From the NCBI RefSeq assembly GCF_009914755.1, contig NC_060947.1: DNA of 64,000 bases; one strand, 5' to 3'. This DNA is from the human T2T-CHM13v2.0 reference genome, Homo sapiens. Shown piece by piece: positions 1 to 26,409 of the stretch; within the stretch, counting starts at the first letter, position 1, and every line of letters starts with the position of its first letter. A program made the translations under genes and the position numbers. Below the pieces are notes generated by a model that searched no databases, was not told the DNA's origin, and saw nothing but the letters and a program-made list of their open reading frames with translations.

Positions 1-2
1 TA

Positions 3-325
3 AAAGCTTAGTACATTTTTTACTTGTATAAATTCCAAATAGGCTAAAAGCCTACTGACAGTATTGACAGTAGCAATGATGATGTAGGTGTCACTTGGGT
101 TAAGTCACAGGAAAACTCAAACCATAGTGTCACAGAGGCTACCCTTTAGCTTTGCATGCCCAGAACACAATTTAATAGCAAAGATAGTGGATCTGTCTTC
201 TGGGAGGTGTGTATATTGACTAAGATCATAAGTTTTATATTATTATTGAGAGAAACTATTTGTCCTGTTCATTTTCTTATTATGTTTCAAAGTCATTGAG
301 ATTAAGAATTTATATTTCAGCACTA
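3..325 (+). repeat. Dispersed direct duplication, copy A
   Basis: Ungapped match to 8062-8384 (offset 8059), 12 mismatches in 323 bp by hand count. Confidence 0.95.
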
Positions 326-771
326 TTAGTTCTATAATTATGTGGCACTAATGTTTTCATTTGTGAAATAACCTCTCAGCTACATAGCTATCTAGCCCTG
401 AAGCTGACTTAACAATGTTTAAACTTTAAGTATTTGTTTTAATTGAAGTGTAATTTATATACAGTAAAATTTACCCTTGTTAAGTGTACGGTTCTATGAG
501 TTTTGACAAATAAATACAGTTGTGGAGCTATCACCAATCAAGATATAAAATGGTTCCATCGCCCCCAAAAGTTCTTCCTTTGTATAGTCAGTTTGCTCCT
601 TTGTAGTCAGCCCCACTCCCAGCTCCTGATAAGTTTTCTATCCCTATAGTTTTGTCTTTTTGAGAATGTCATATACATGGAATCATACAATACGTAACCT
701 TTTGAGTCTGGCTTCTTTCACTTAACCATAATGCATTTAAGATTTATCCATGTTGTTGCATGTATCAAGAG

Positions 772-1079
<308 letters not shown>

Positions 1080-1307
1080 TAATTGCTGAGTGGTATTCCG
1101 TTGTATGGATATATCACAGTTTGTTTATCCATTCATCAGTTAAAGGACATTTGGGTTGTTTCCAATTTTGGTAATTATGAATAAAGCTACCATAAATATT
1201 TGTGTACAGGTTTTTGAGTGAACATAAGTTTTCATTTCACTTGGGTAAATACTCATGAGTGGGATTGCTGATCATATGGAAATTGTTTATTAAACTTTAC
1301 AAAAAAC

Positions 1308-1632
<325 letters not shown>

Positions 1633-1679
1633 CTATTTTTCAAAGTGGCTATGCCATTTTGCCTACCAGCAGTATATGA

Positions 1680-2032
<353 letters not shown>

Positions 2033-2512
2033 CTTTAAAAAAAAATGTTTAGCCATTCTAATAGGTGTGTAGTGATGTTTCATTGTAGTTTAACTTGCAT
2101 TTCCCAAATGACTTGTATTTACCTAAATGTTGAGCATTTTTCATGTACTTATTTGCCATCCATATATCTTTGGTAAAATGTTTATTCAAATCATTTGCCC
2201 ATTTTTTTATTGGGTTATTTGTTTTCTTATTATTGAGTTTTTCAGAGCTCTTTATATGTCCTGGATACAAGTCCCCTGTTATATATATGTTTTGCAAATA
2301 CTTTTTTCCCAGTTAATAACTTGCCTTCTCTTAAGAGTGTCTTTTGAAGAGCAAACATTTTCAATTTGAGTAAAAGTCCAATTTCCACTCACTTTTTCTT
2401 TTGTGGATTGTGTTTTTGGTTTCACATCTAGGAATTTTTTTTCTTTTTCTGAGACGGAGTCTTGCTGTGTCGCCAGGTTGGAGTACAGTGGCGCGATCTC
2501 GGTTCACTGCAC

Positions 2513-2923
2513 TATATGTATATGTATGTATGTATGTATGTATATACACATACACCATATATATGTGTGTATATATATACATACATATACAAAACAATTG
2601 CTTACTAGATGCACAAATCAATGGAATAGAGAGTTCATAAACAGGCATATCTCTCTTTACATATATATATCTATATCGATCACACTATATATATGTGTGT
2701 GTGTATATATACACACATATATGTGTGTGTGTATATACACACATATGTGTGTGTGTATATACACACATGTGTGTGTGTACATACACACATGTGTGTGTGT
2801 ATATATATACACACATATATGTGTATATGTGTATATATGTGTGTATATATGTGTATATATGTGTGTGTATATATATACACGCATATATATGCGTATATAC
2901 ATATATATGGACTCATATATGTG

Positions 2924-2954
<31 letters not shown>

Positions 2955-2955
2955 G
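2513..2955. repeat. Complex (TA)/(TG)/(CA) low-complexity microsatellite
   Basis: Alternating purine-pyrimidine runs such as tatatgtgtgtgtgtatatatacacacatat. Confidence 0.95.
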
Positions 2956-2964
2956 GACTCACAG

Positions 2965-3118
2965 TGTGTCCTTGGACAAGTTATATAGTCTCTGTGTGCC
3001 TCAATTTTCTCAAGTATAAAACAGAGATAATTATAGTACACAACCCTTATGGGGTTTTTATGGATTGAGTGAATGATTATAGAGCACTTAGTATGGTGCC
3101 TGGTACATATATAGTGCT
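2965..3118 (+). mobile_element. MIR
   Basis: gtgtccttggacaagtta...ctctgtgtgcctcaattttctc...agagcacttagtatggtgcctggtacata. Confidence 0.7.
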
Positions 3119-3381
3119 TCTTATACTCCTGAATCTTTTTACTTCTATTCAGACTGGATTTTCATTGGAATTAACAAATCCCATTATTTTATCTCACATT
3201 ATCATTATGGAAATTTAACTGTGGAGATGAATTTTAATGAAAAATTTGTATTGCCGCTTAGTAAGATAATAAGATGTTCATTTTTGTTTTCTGTTAGGAA
3301 AATAATGCTTAACTTGGTTTAATAGCTGTAGGACATTAAATTGATATCAGACGAATTACAACTCTTGAAATTTTTCTTTGA

Positions 3382-4545
<1,164 letters not shown>

Positions 4546-4783
4546 CTAATGCTTTTTGTTTTGAAAAACTTTCAGGAATTGTTGAGAAAGTACAGCAACA
4601 TAAATCTTAAATTTCTCCTTGGAAGGCCGTGCTGACAATCCAACTAATTTTATACTACAGAACTATTTAGCTATAAAATCTTTAGCTATCAGATTAATTT
4701 CTCCCTATGAGCTAGGAAAAGTGGAGCGTCCAGAGAAAATACTTAGGGTAGTAAATTACATTTAACTCCTCAGCATTGGCAGC

Positions 4784-5227
4784 TGTTATGGACTGAATGT
4801 TTGTCAAATTCATATGTTGAAGCCCTACCCCCCTACACATGGCTGTATTTGGAGATGGGACCTCTAAGGAAGTAATTAAGGTTAAGTGAGGTCATAAAGG
4901 TAGAGTGCTGATCTGATAGGATTAGTGTCCTTATAAGAAGATTCAGTTAGCTTGCACTTGCTCCCTCCCTCTCCTTCACACAGAGGACAGGTCTGGTGAT
5001 GACATAGCAAGAGGTTGGCTTTTGCAGTCTGAGCAGACTAAAACAGGCTGCCATAACAAAATACCACAGACTGGTGGCTTAAATAACAGAAGTTTATTTC
5101 TCACAGCTCTAGAGCCTGGGAAGTCCAAGATCAAGGTGCTAGCAGATTCAGTGTCTGGTGAGGGCTCTCTTCCTGGCTTACAGACAGCTGCCTTCTTGCT
5201 GTGTCCTCACATGGCCTTTCCTCTGTG
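4784..5227. mobile_element. MaLR LTR pieces: MLT1A-like (+, 4784-5045) abutting MLT1A0-like (-, 5046-5227)
   Basis: tgttatggactgaatgtttg...cagactaaaaca, then ggctgccataacaaaataccacagactgg...aagtccaagatcaaggtg. Confidence 0.75.
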
Positions 5228-6351
5228 ATTCATCCTTCTGCCTTACCTCCTACAGCCATTGAATTACCAGTCTGCTGATTCTGTTTCCTCAGTATTTCTC
5301 AAATTCATCCCATCTTCTTCTTCCCTACTAATTACAGCTCTGGTTCCAGCCCTTTCTGTATGACTACAATAGTCTCTCCGATCAATCCATGTTGCATGTG
5401 TCCTTATCTCATCAGAGTAATTATCCTGACATGTAAATTTTGCTTATTTAAATCTTTCTGTGGTTCCCTCTTGTCTGTGGATAACTTCTAAGCTTTATAT
5501 AATACGGTTTCTGCCTACCTCTGTAGCTTCATCTACTAGCATTCTGATAGCATGTGTAACACCAAACTACTTTCAGTTTTCCTCCTACTCCCTGAAGAAT
5601 TTTACTTTGTTCCGTCTGTTACTTTTGCCTGGCATGGGAAGGGAGGGTCCTTTATTCCTACCCCTTTTACCTAATGAGCTCTAGCTTATCCATTCTCATG
5701 TTTTGCAGAACTTCCGCCCCACTTCTCTTCCCCGCCCCAGATGTCCCTTCTCTGTCCCCTCCAAAATATTCTCAGCATCTCTCATTACATGGTCAAGTTG
5801 TTTTTAGTTTAGATGAATGTTTACTTTTATGGAAAGAGCTGGTCCTATTCATTTTAGTGCCTAAAACAATGTCTGGCTCATACTGGGTATTCAAATATTG
5901 GTAGAGTGACTGAACATCCAGAAAGTTAAGGGGATTTTTTCAAGATCCGGTTGCTTATAGGGGACAAAATTGGGACTGGAAAATGAGTACTTCTTTTATT
6001 GCCTCATACTGCAGACCAGTGTTCCTCCTAGTACAGCATGTAAAACTGGCTAAGTACAATATCTATTGTGCAATTACTAAGTCAATTTAAGCTCATTTGC
6101 TAATCATTAAGATGATTAAATTTTGCTTTGTAAATCAAATTTTTACATATTGTATATATGGGAGCCTATGGTGCATGAATGGTTTTGCATGAAGTTTATA
6201 TAGTCACAAACAGTTAAAACAGTTGAAGTAGATAAGAAAGTCACATGGAAGAAACAAAAATAGGCTTTTAGTGACCATATTTTGATAGGTCAGGTAAAAT
6301 AAAAAAAATTAATGTGACATTTTCCAGGCATACTGTTTAAAAGATTATGTG

Positions 6352-7204
<853 letters not shown>

Positions 7205-7205
<1 letters not shown>

Positions 7206-7330
7206 AAGAGAGAGAGAGAAAGGAGGGAGGGAAGGAAGGGAAGGAAGAGAGGAAGGGAGGGAGGGAGGAAGGAAGGAAGGAAGTAGCGAAGGAAGAAAGG
7301 AGCGAAAGAAGGAGTGAAGGAAGGAGCGAG
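7205..7330 (+). repeat. Polypurine GA/GGAA-rich repeat derived from an Alu tail
   Basis: gagagagagaaaggagggagggaaggaagggaagg... Confidence 0.9.
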
Positions 7331-7495
7331 CTATAGTTTGGAAGATCTAAGAATAGAAATGGCCAAATTTGAAAAATTGCGTTGTAGCTTAATAAATGCT
7401 TGAATCAAATTTGCTTGCATTTACATATTGTGATTCTTGTGCCTTCAGGTTCTTCTGTTTTCTGTAGCATATTGCAGAAATCAGTTGGGGTTTAG

Positions 7496-7982
<487 letters not shown>

Positions 7983-8061
7983 TAGGATATGAGTTGAATT
8001 TTTCATAGCGCTTTTATTAAAACAATCATTTAAAAATATATTTTTGACCCTGGTACTCTAC

Positions 8062-8384
8062 AAAGCTTAGTACATTTTTTACTTTTATAAATTCCAAATA
8101 GGCTAAAAGCCTACTGACAATATTGACAGTAGCAATGATGATGTAGGTGTCACTTGGGTTAAGTCATGGGAAAACTCAAACCATAGTGTCACAGAGGCTA
8201 CCCTTTAGCTTTGCATGCCCAGAACACAATTTAATAGCAAAGAGAGGGGATCTGTCTTCTGGGAGGTGTGTATGTTGACTAAGATCATAGGTTTTATATT
8301 ATTATTGAGAGAAACAATTTGTCCTGTTCATTTTGTTACTGTGTTTCAAAGTCATTGAGATTAAGAATTTATATTTCAGCACTA
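8062..8384 (+). repeat. Dispersed direct duplication, copy B
   Basis: Ungapped match to 3-325. Confidence 0.95.
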
Positions 8385-8430
8385 AGAACTGTGCCTGGCA
8401 GCCAATAGTCCTTTAGTTGATACTTGTTGA

Positions 8431-9252
<822 letters not shown>

Positions 9253-9291
9253 TAGTCCTTTGCCACCACCCCCTCTCCCAACAGACTCATC

Positions 9292-9461
9292 TGTAAGTAG
9301 ATTGCTTGGGCCTCAAAATACTTTCTCAAAGAAACTTTTAAAAAATATAATTCAATTCAGTAAGCATTAAGCATTTGTTTGTAAGTAGATTGCTTGGGCC
9401 TCAAAATACTTTCCCAAAGAAACTTTAAAAAAATATAATTCAAATCAGTAAGCATTAAGCA
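9292..9461 (+). repeat. Tandem duplication, 88-bp period, 2 copies
   Basis: tgtaagtagattgcttgggcctcaaaatac...gtaagcattaagca at 9292-9373 and 9380-9461, 3 mismatches. Confidence 0.95.
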
Positions 9462-9735
9462 CCTATTATGTGCTAGTTACTGTTATCATATTTCACTGAT
9501 GATAGGATGCCTATTTGTTTTCCATGATTTTGCTTATCTGGAATGCATCTTATAATTGATAGCAACTCAGAAATGATGAACTATAGTGTATGCTGGAGAT
9601 GAAGATACATAGACAAAATTCTCTGCCCTTAAAGAGTTTCCATTATACTAGATGATTTCCAGAGAAGCTCACAAAAGTAGTACTGCTTAGTAAAGCATGA
9701 CATTTTATAATTATTTAGTGGGGAAATTTCTTTAG

Positions 9736-10763
<1,028 letters not shown>

Positions 10764-11409
10764 GGAAAACTCATCAAGTCTCTTTTTGAATGGATTTTTT
10801 TTTTTTAAGTTGGAACATATCAAAAGGAATGATTTTAGGAAAATACTAAAAATGAATACCTCTCAATAGCTATATATTCCACAATGTAGAAAACCCATGT
10901 AGAAATGTCTGAAATCCACAAAGTATATCTGAGGTATAGTTTTTAAACCAACAGAAGCCAAAGTTTAATTTTAAGACTTTTATATTTTCTCTTTTGCTTA
11001 TGCCTATGTGATAAAAACATTCCATGAATCTGGTAAGATACAGAAAAATGTGCTTCTGGCTTTTGAGCTATCTGATCACATGTTAATCCAACATCTGAGA
11101 GGTAAATGCTTTCATTATGCAGTATGGTGATTTAAAAAAAAACTACAAACAGTTTTCAAAATATGTAATTATTTAGGTTAAACTCCTTTTTCATAGGTAA
11201 TGAGGAGTGGACATAAAGAATATTTAGCATGTTTAAAGAAAAAGCCATCAAAACAGTGTTTCTTCATGAATCACCAAATGTTCTTAACCTTTTAACCTTT
11301 GGTATCTGGTATGTGAAATGGCAGTGTTGTGTGCCCTTGAAAAGAATATGACCAGGAAGAATGATATTCTTTAGATATCCTCTGGAATACAATATAAACA
11401 ATCCCACAG

Positions 11410-11650
11410 CGATAATAATAACTAACACTTACATAGTGTTTACTATATGCCAGGCACTATTGTAAGGAATTTAAATGAATTAACTCAATACTCAAAACAA
11501 CTCTATGAAATAGGTGCTATTATTCCCCATTTTACAGATATGAAAAATAGACCATAAAGAGGGTAAGTACCTTGCAAAAGGTCATTCAGCTGGAAAAAGC
11601 AGAGCCATGATTCCAATCCAGGCAGTCTGGCTGTGTAGGCCACACCTTAA
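11410..11650 (-). mobile_element. MIR
   Basis: actatatgccaggcactattgtaag...tattccccattttacagat...gattccaatccaggcagtctggct. Confidence 0.75.
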
Positions 11651-12277
11651 CCCTTAAACATGATGCTGTTATGCTCCCTCAGTGGTAAAGGAAAGTTGCT
11701 GAATGCCTGGTGGAGCAGGAATGTGACTGAAAGCATGTGGACTCTAGGGCCTTCCAGTCTAGGGACTATTTGGCTATAGTTATCCTATCTTATTCTGAAA
11801 GTACAGAATTAAGGAATGAAGAGAACAAACAAAAATAAAAAATAAAATACCAAGTACATGTGAAGAGGGTATCAAAACATGCTGAAAGACAAAAGACTTA
11901 TATATTATATTGAGAGATTACATTTTTTAAAAAATGAGATGAGTTCGCAGGGAAATATGTATAGAAGCTAGTGAATCTTGAGATGAAAAAAATAAAACTT
12001 GAGTCTTTCTCATGTCATAACACAAATGTCTTAGGACAGCTTAGACTGAAACTATGATTGCTAACTCTATATTTGTTAAACCCCAGGAGGATTACAGAAT
12101 TTTGTTTCACATTGTTTTAATGCATTAAATAATGATTTTTTTTTTTTCGCAATAGGAAGTATACAATTTGAGAGAGGTTAGGAAGTCCAAAAAGGCTGGG
12201 TAAAGCAAAAAGACATTCCATAGGGAGCCAAGAGAAGTTACTAGACTTTGGTTTTCTCACCTAAAAATCAGATTCCA

Positions 12278-12575
12278 GCCGGGCGCAGTGGCTCACGCCT
12301 GTAATCCCAGCACTTTGGGAGGCCGAGGCGGGTGGATCACGAGGTCAGGAGTTCAAGACCAGCCTGGCCAAGATGGTGAAACCCCGTCTGTACTAAAAAT
12401 ACAAAAATTAGCCAGGCGTGGTGGTGGGTGCTTGTAATCCCAGCTACTCGGGAGGCTGTGGCAGGGAATTGCCTGAACCCACGAGGCGGAGGTTGCAGTG
12501 AGCTGAGATCCCACCACTGCACTCCAGCCTGGGCGAGAGGGCAAGACTCCGTCTCAAAAACAAACAAACAATAAA
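12278..12575 (+). mobile_element. AluSg-like
   Basis: gccgggcgcagtggctcacgcc...ggatcacgaggtcaggagttc. Confidence 0.9.
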
Positions 12576-13471
12576 AATTGTTTTTCTTTCCTCGACTTCT
12601 CTTACCTACATCACAGATATGTACAGGATAAAATAGAGTAAAATAGTTTGAGAGTACTTCATCATCTGAAATTGAAGTTGGGTAGTTACCACTATTTTCA
12701 AGTCTTTAAAAGTAGAATTTTCATGAAAAGGAGTCTCTTCAAATATCTGCAGTGAAATATTAAAATATAGTTTATTATTTAGGTAACATTATTTTGAAGT
12801 AATCATCATAATCTCATCAGTTTGTGTTTATAAAATCAGAGATGATAAGCACTCTAGAAAATAAGAGAGGTAGAATTGTTTCTGATATTTTTATTTTACA
12901 GTCATCTGGCAGTGATGTCCATGTAATTCTCTACAATTTTTAAATGTATGTTTCTTTTTTTGGAGGCAGCATTGAATGAGGGTTCTGAAATAGGATTTGA
13001 GTTTAATAAAATTCGATGGAATGGTATGGAATAATGTAGCCATAGGATGAAATACTATCAGCCATTAAAACTGACTTTATGTAGAAAATGTCACAATTAA
13101 GTAAGTGAAAATTTGTAGAATATTAGGTAAGTAACTGATTTTTTTAAGTAGGTAAGTCTGGAAAGTTATAGATACTTAAATGTTAACAGGCATGCTTATT
13201 CTTAGGCAGTTGATTAACAGCAGGGTTTTCTTTTTTTGTAGTTCTATGGATTTAACAGTGAGCATATATTATTTCTGTAATGGGAGAAAAAGAAAACTGG
13301 GAGGGTATACCTGTATGGCAGTAGCATCTTTTAGTTGCAGCACCCTGGTTGATATTTCTTCATTTCTATTTTTTATTTTTCAAATGTTCTGTGTTGAGAA
13401 TATATGTTACTTTTAATTATTAAAAACCTAACAAGCTTTGCTAAAAATTAAGTGGTTGGAATATGACTACA

Positions 13472-14520
13472 TTTTTTTTTTTTTAAAGACAAGGTTTTGC
13501 TCTATTGTCCAGGCTGGAGTGCAGTGGTGAGATCATAGCTCAGTGTAGCCTCTAACTCCTGGGCTTAAGGGATCCTCCCACCTCAGCCTCCTGAGTAGCT
13601 AGGACTACAGGCACACACCACCACACCTGGCTAATTTTAAATTTTTTTTTATAAAGATGGGGTCTTGCTGTGTTGCCCAGGCTGGTCTCAAACTCCTGGT
13701 CTCAAGCAGTCCTCCCACCTTGGCCTCTCAGAGTGCTTGGGATGCATGTGTGAGCCATGATGCTGGGCTGACTGCATTTTTAAAAACTACTTTCATAATT
13801 ACTTTAAAAATTAATATGCCCTCATTGTGGAGAATTATAGAAATAAGAAAGAGTAAAATAAGTTTAAAATCAATACATAATTGTACCATACCTTGAATAA
13901 TCTTTTTAGGAATCATTTTTAAATTTATTTAGTCTGTAATTAGATTAACTAGGTTTGAATCACAGCTCTGTCACTTAATTGTTGAATGTCCTTGGGCAAG
14001 TTCCTTAATCACTGTGCGCCTTAGTTTTCATATCTGTACAATGAGGGTAATGATACCTACTTCGTGAGAGGGTTAAATATATATATGTAAAGTACATAAA
14101 ACTGCCTGCCACATGGTAAGTGCTCCATAAGTGTGATCTACCATTATTGTGCTATACTATATAAATTTGTATCATGCCTTTTAAAATTAACATTATTGGC
14201 CAGGTACAGTGGCTCATGCTTATAATTCCAGCATCTTGGGTGGCTGAGGCAGGAGGATGGCTTGAGCCCAGGAGTTCAAGATCAGCCTGGCAACATGGCA
14301 AGAACCTGTTTCTACAAAAAAAATTTTAAAAATTAGCCAGGCATGGTGGCACGAGCTTGTAGTCCCAGCTAGCTGCCTGGGAGGCTGAGGTGGGAGAATC
14401 GTTTGAACCCAGGCGTTTGAGGCTGCAGTGAGCTATGATTGCACCACTACATTCCAGCCAGGGCAACAGAGTGACACCCTATCTCAAAAAAAAAAAAAAA
14501 GAAAGAAAAATAAACAAATA
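13472..14520. mobile_element. AluJ (-, 13472-13768), MIR (+, ~13950-14145), AluJ (+, 14198-14520)
   Basis: Alu and MIR consensus blocks. Confidence 0.8.
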
Positions 14521-14957
14521 AAAGTAAAATTAACATTATTACATAAGCTTTTCCTCATTTTATTATAACATCTTTGTTGTATTTAATGAACTGTGATAAA
14601 TGTAATGAACTGTGGCATTTCATCATGTGACTGTACCATAATTTACTTAACCATTCTCTTCTTATTGGACATTTGCAGTATCACCAAACTAAAACTTCCA
14701 TCTGGTTGTAGAAAAATTTTAATCATGTTTTAAACTTGAGAGATAATTCACATTTATTTGACCCTTAACCTTAACTGCAGTACTAAACCAGAACCACCCA
14801 TCTGTAAGAAAGAATCTCATATAGTGAGAACTTATTATAGCAAACACCCTGAATTAGACTTATAATTAAAACAAAAATCAGTGTGCTGTTGTTGCATTTT
14901 ATACAGAGAAATACTAGAATAGGAAATCATTGTTTTAGTCTCAGAAGTTCATTTTAA

Positions 14958-15170
<213 letters not shown>

Positions 15171-16439
15171 TAACATTTGTTTTACATTGCCTTCTCTTTC
15201 TCATTTGTTCTTTGTTTTTTTTCTATTATTGTTCTGAAATGTCAAAATTTCACATCACTCAAGGAGCCCTAGACAACTAACTAGAAATTAGGCATTCTTT
15301 TTTTTTCCCTATCCTCTGTTCTTAGTACTGAAAGTCACATTTTATTATGTATCTTATTATCATTTTAATTGTTGTATTATTGTTGTACCTTTATAGTGTA
15401 GTGATAAATATTTCATGCTCCCTGCTCAGAGTTGCAAAGCACTTGATGAAGATTCTTTCTACCTTCAGTGTGCTTTAATCATACTGGAAAAGAAATAAGA
15501 AATATAAAGTGGTATACTATTTTATGTATTTAATATGATTGATTAACTTCCATGTATAATTAGAATTGTTTTCCCTAGTGGGTAAATGCCACCAATAAAT
15601 TTCAGATACTGGATATAGGTCTTCAAAGAGAGGAACTTGAGTATGTGTGCCCACTTGAAGGGTTACTGTCTGCCTACCTGTATTTGAAGGTGTATTGATT
15701 CTAGAGGACAGAGTACTCTTTATCTGTTCAGAGTGGGGCCATTGTTTGCTCAAGGCTCATCAGGCTTTCCTTGACTGGCCTGAGCAAATATGTATAGTAA
15801 TACGCAGTGTTGATTGGGTATTCCCTAGAGAGAGGGCACATCTGCATTTTATGTGCTCTTTATGTATAAAAATATTATAATAAACTGCAAAAATCTGTAT
15901 GCAAATGTTAGAGGAATGTTAGGATAATAAGTAATGCTGGGTGTAACTCAGCTGGTAAGTATTAATGCAGTATTTGATAATACTTCTGTGGTTACTGTAG
16001 TGGTAGCAAGGACTTGCTGTGACCCACTGCATGAATCTACCCCAGAATATATGTAGGAAATTCTGACCTGGCCCCTTTGATGCAACCATTTTGACATGGG
16101 AACATTTGGAAGCTTGAAAATGAATGTTTAACTTCTTAGCAGCTTTTGGAAATTGAATCAGGTAATAAGTGTATTGGACATCCTAAAGTGTGAGAGTTAG
16201 GAATAAAGTGAGCATATCGGTAGAGCTAAATTAATGATTTATGTACCTGTGTGATGTTAGTGAAGTCGTATTGTAGAATTGCTCCAACCCAAATATAATA
16301 TCTGCATTTAAGTAACAGAACATTCCACATGGAAGAAGTAAAATGTTCTATTGCTGCAAAAAGTAGAACTAAAACCAATAAGCAGATGTTGCAGGAATTT
16401 CAGCAAATAAATATTATATAAACAAGTCTTAAAAACAAG

Positions 16440-18440
<2,001 letters not shown>

Positions 18441-18568
18441 AAACTTTTAAGCTGCTCAGCAGTGCGCTGATTCCTGTGGAATACTGAGTAGGCTGGCAGT
18501 GGAGATATTCTAGCAGGAGTTGGATGGACTGGGCCCTTATCTAAAAGTGGCCATCAGTCATTCTAAGG

Positions 18569-18785
18569 CAGGGTTTCTCAACTGTGGCACTACAGACATT
18601 TTAGGCCAGGTAATTCTTTGTTATGAGAGGCTGTCCTATACCTTACAAGATGTTTGGCAGCATCTCTGGCCTCTACCTATTAGATGCCAATAAAACACCA
18701 CCCCAGTTGTGGCAACGAAAAATGTTTCCAGATGTCCCCAGGGGTGTGGGAGGGAGGCAAAATTGCTCCCAGTTGAGAATCACTG
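18569..18785 (+). mobile_element. MER20 (hAT-Charlie MITE)
   Basis: Terminal inverted repeats cagggtttctcaac ... gttgagaatcactg with a typical MER20 body. Confidence 0.85.
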
Positions 18786-18983
18786 TACTGAACTAAGGGT
18801 GGTCTTATTTATTTATTTCTTTTGAGAATTCACATGTATCTTAAATAGTTTGCACCTCAGAGTCTCTCAATTTTCCTCTTCAGTTGCAATAGTCACATTT
18901 ATTTTTAATATTTAATAAAGCTATTTGACTGCTTAATAAGAGAATTCATTGTTTTCCATCATGAGGATCTCCAAATCTGACTA

Positions 18984-19706
<723 letters not shown>

Positions 19707-19984
19707 AATAAACAAATTTTCTACTCCCACCCCAGAAAGCCTGATTCAGAAATCTTTGAGATGTACCCTTGGAATGTTCCTTTTTTGATAGTTCTCCAGA
19801 TTAGTCAGACTTGGGTTCTTTTGTTTTAGGGAGTAATTCATTCAATTATTCAACAAACATAGTAGATGAGGTCTGAGAAGTAGAGAGAGAGATAATGAAG
19901 GGCCTTGTAGGCCACTGTAGAGACTTTGGCTTCTATAGTAGTCTGAGTGAGATGAGATGCTACTGGACATTTGTGGGCTTTTTT

Positions 19985-23235
<3,251 letters not shown>

Positions 23236-23237
23236 AT

Positions 23238-25850
<2,613 letters not shown>

Positions 25851-25943
25851 ATCTGTTATTTAATGTTACAATTTTTCCTTTAAGCACTGCTTTAGCACAT
25901 CTCACAAATTTTGATATGTTGTATTTTCATTTTTATTTAATTC

Positions 25944-26405
25944 AGAGTTTGGCAAATTATGGCCCACTGCCTGCTTTAATAAGTGAAGTCTTATTGGAGC
26001 ACAGCCACGCTCATTCCTTTTTTTTTTTTTTTTTTTTTTTTTTGTGAGATGGAGTTTTGCTCTCGTCACCCAGGCTGGAGTGCAGTGGCACACTGCAACC
26101 TCCGCCTCCCGGGTTCAAGCAATTGTCCTGCCTCAGCCTCCCGAGTAGCTGGGATTACAGGTGCCCGCCACCACGCCCGGCTAATATTTGTATTTTCAGT
26201 AGAGATGGGGTTTCACCATGTTGGCCAGGCTAGTCTCAAACTCCTGACATCAGGTGATCTGCCCGCCTCAGCCTCCCAAAGTGCTGGGATTACAGGTGCG
26301 AGCCACCACACCCGGCCACTCATTCTTTTATCTATTACATTATGGTGCACAAAGCCTGAAATATTTCCTGTCTGGCCCTTTACAGAAAAAGTATGTTGAC
26401 CACTG
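25944..26405 (+). mobile_element. MER58-like (hAT) interrupted by an antisense Alu (26018-26317)
   Basis: cagagtttggcaaattatggccc ... tctggccctttacagaaaaagtatgttgaccactg. Confidence 0.7.
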
Positions 26406-26409
26406 ATTT

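Noticed and set aside
2361-3068. Several long Y/I/C/V/H/T-rich ORFs on both strands
   Set aside because: Translation of a stop-poor dinucleotide repeat; no coding signal.
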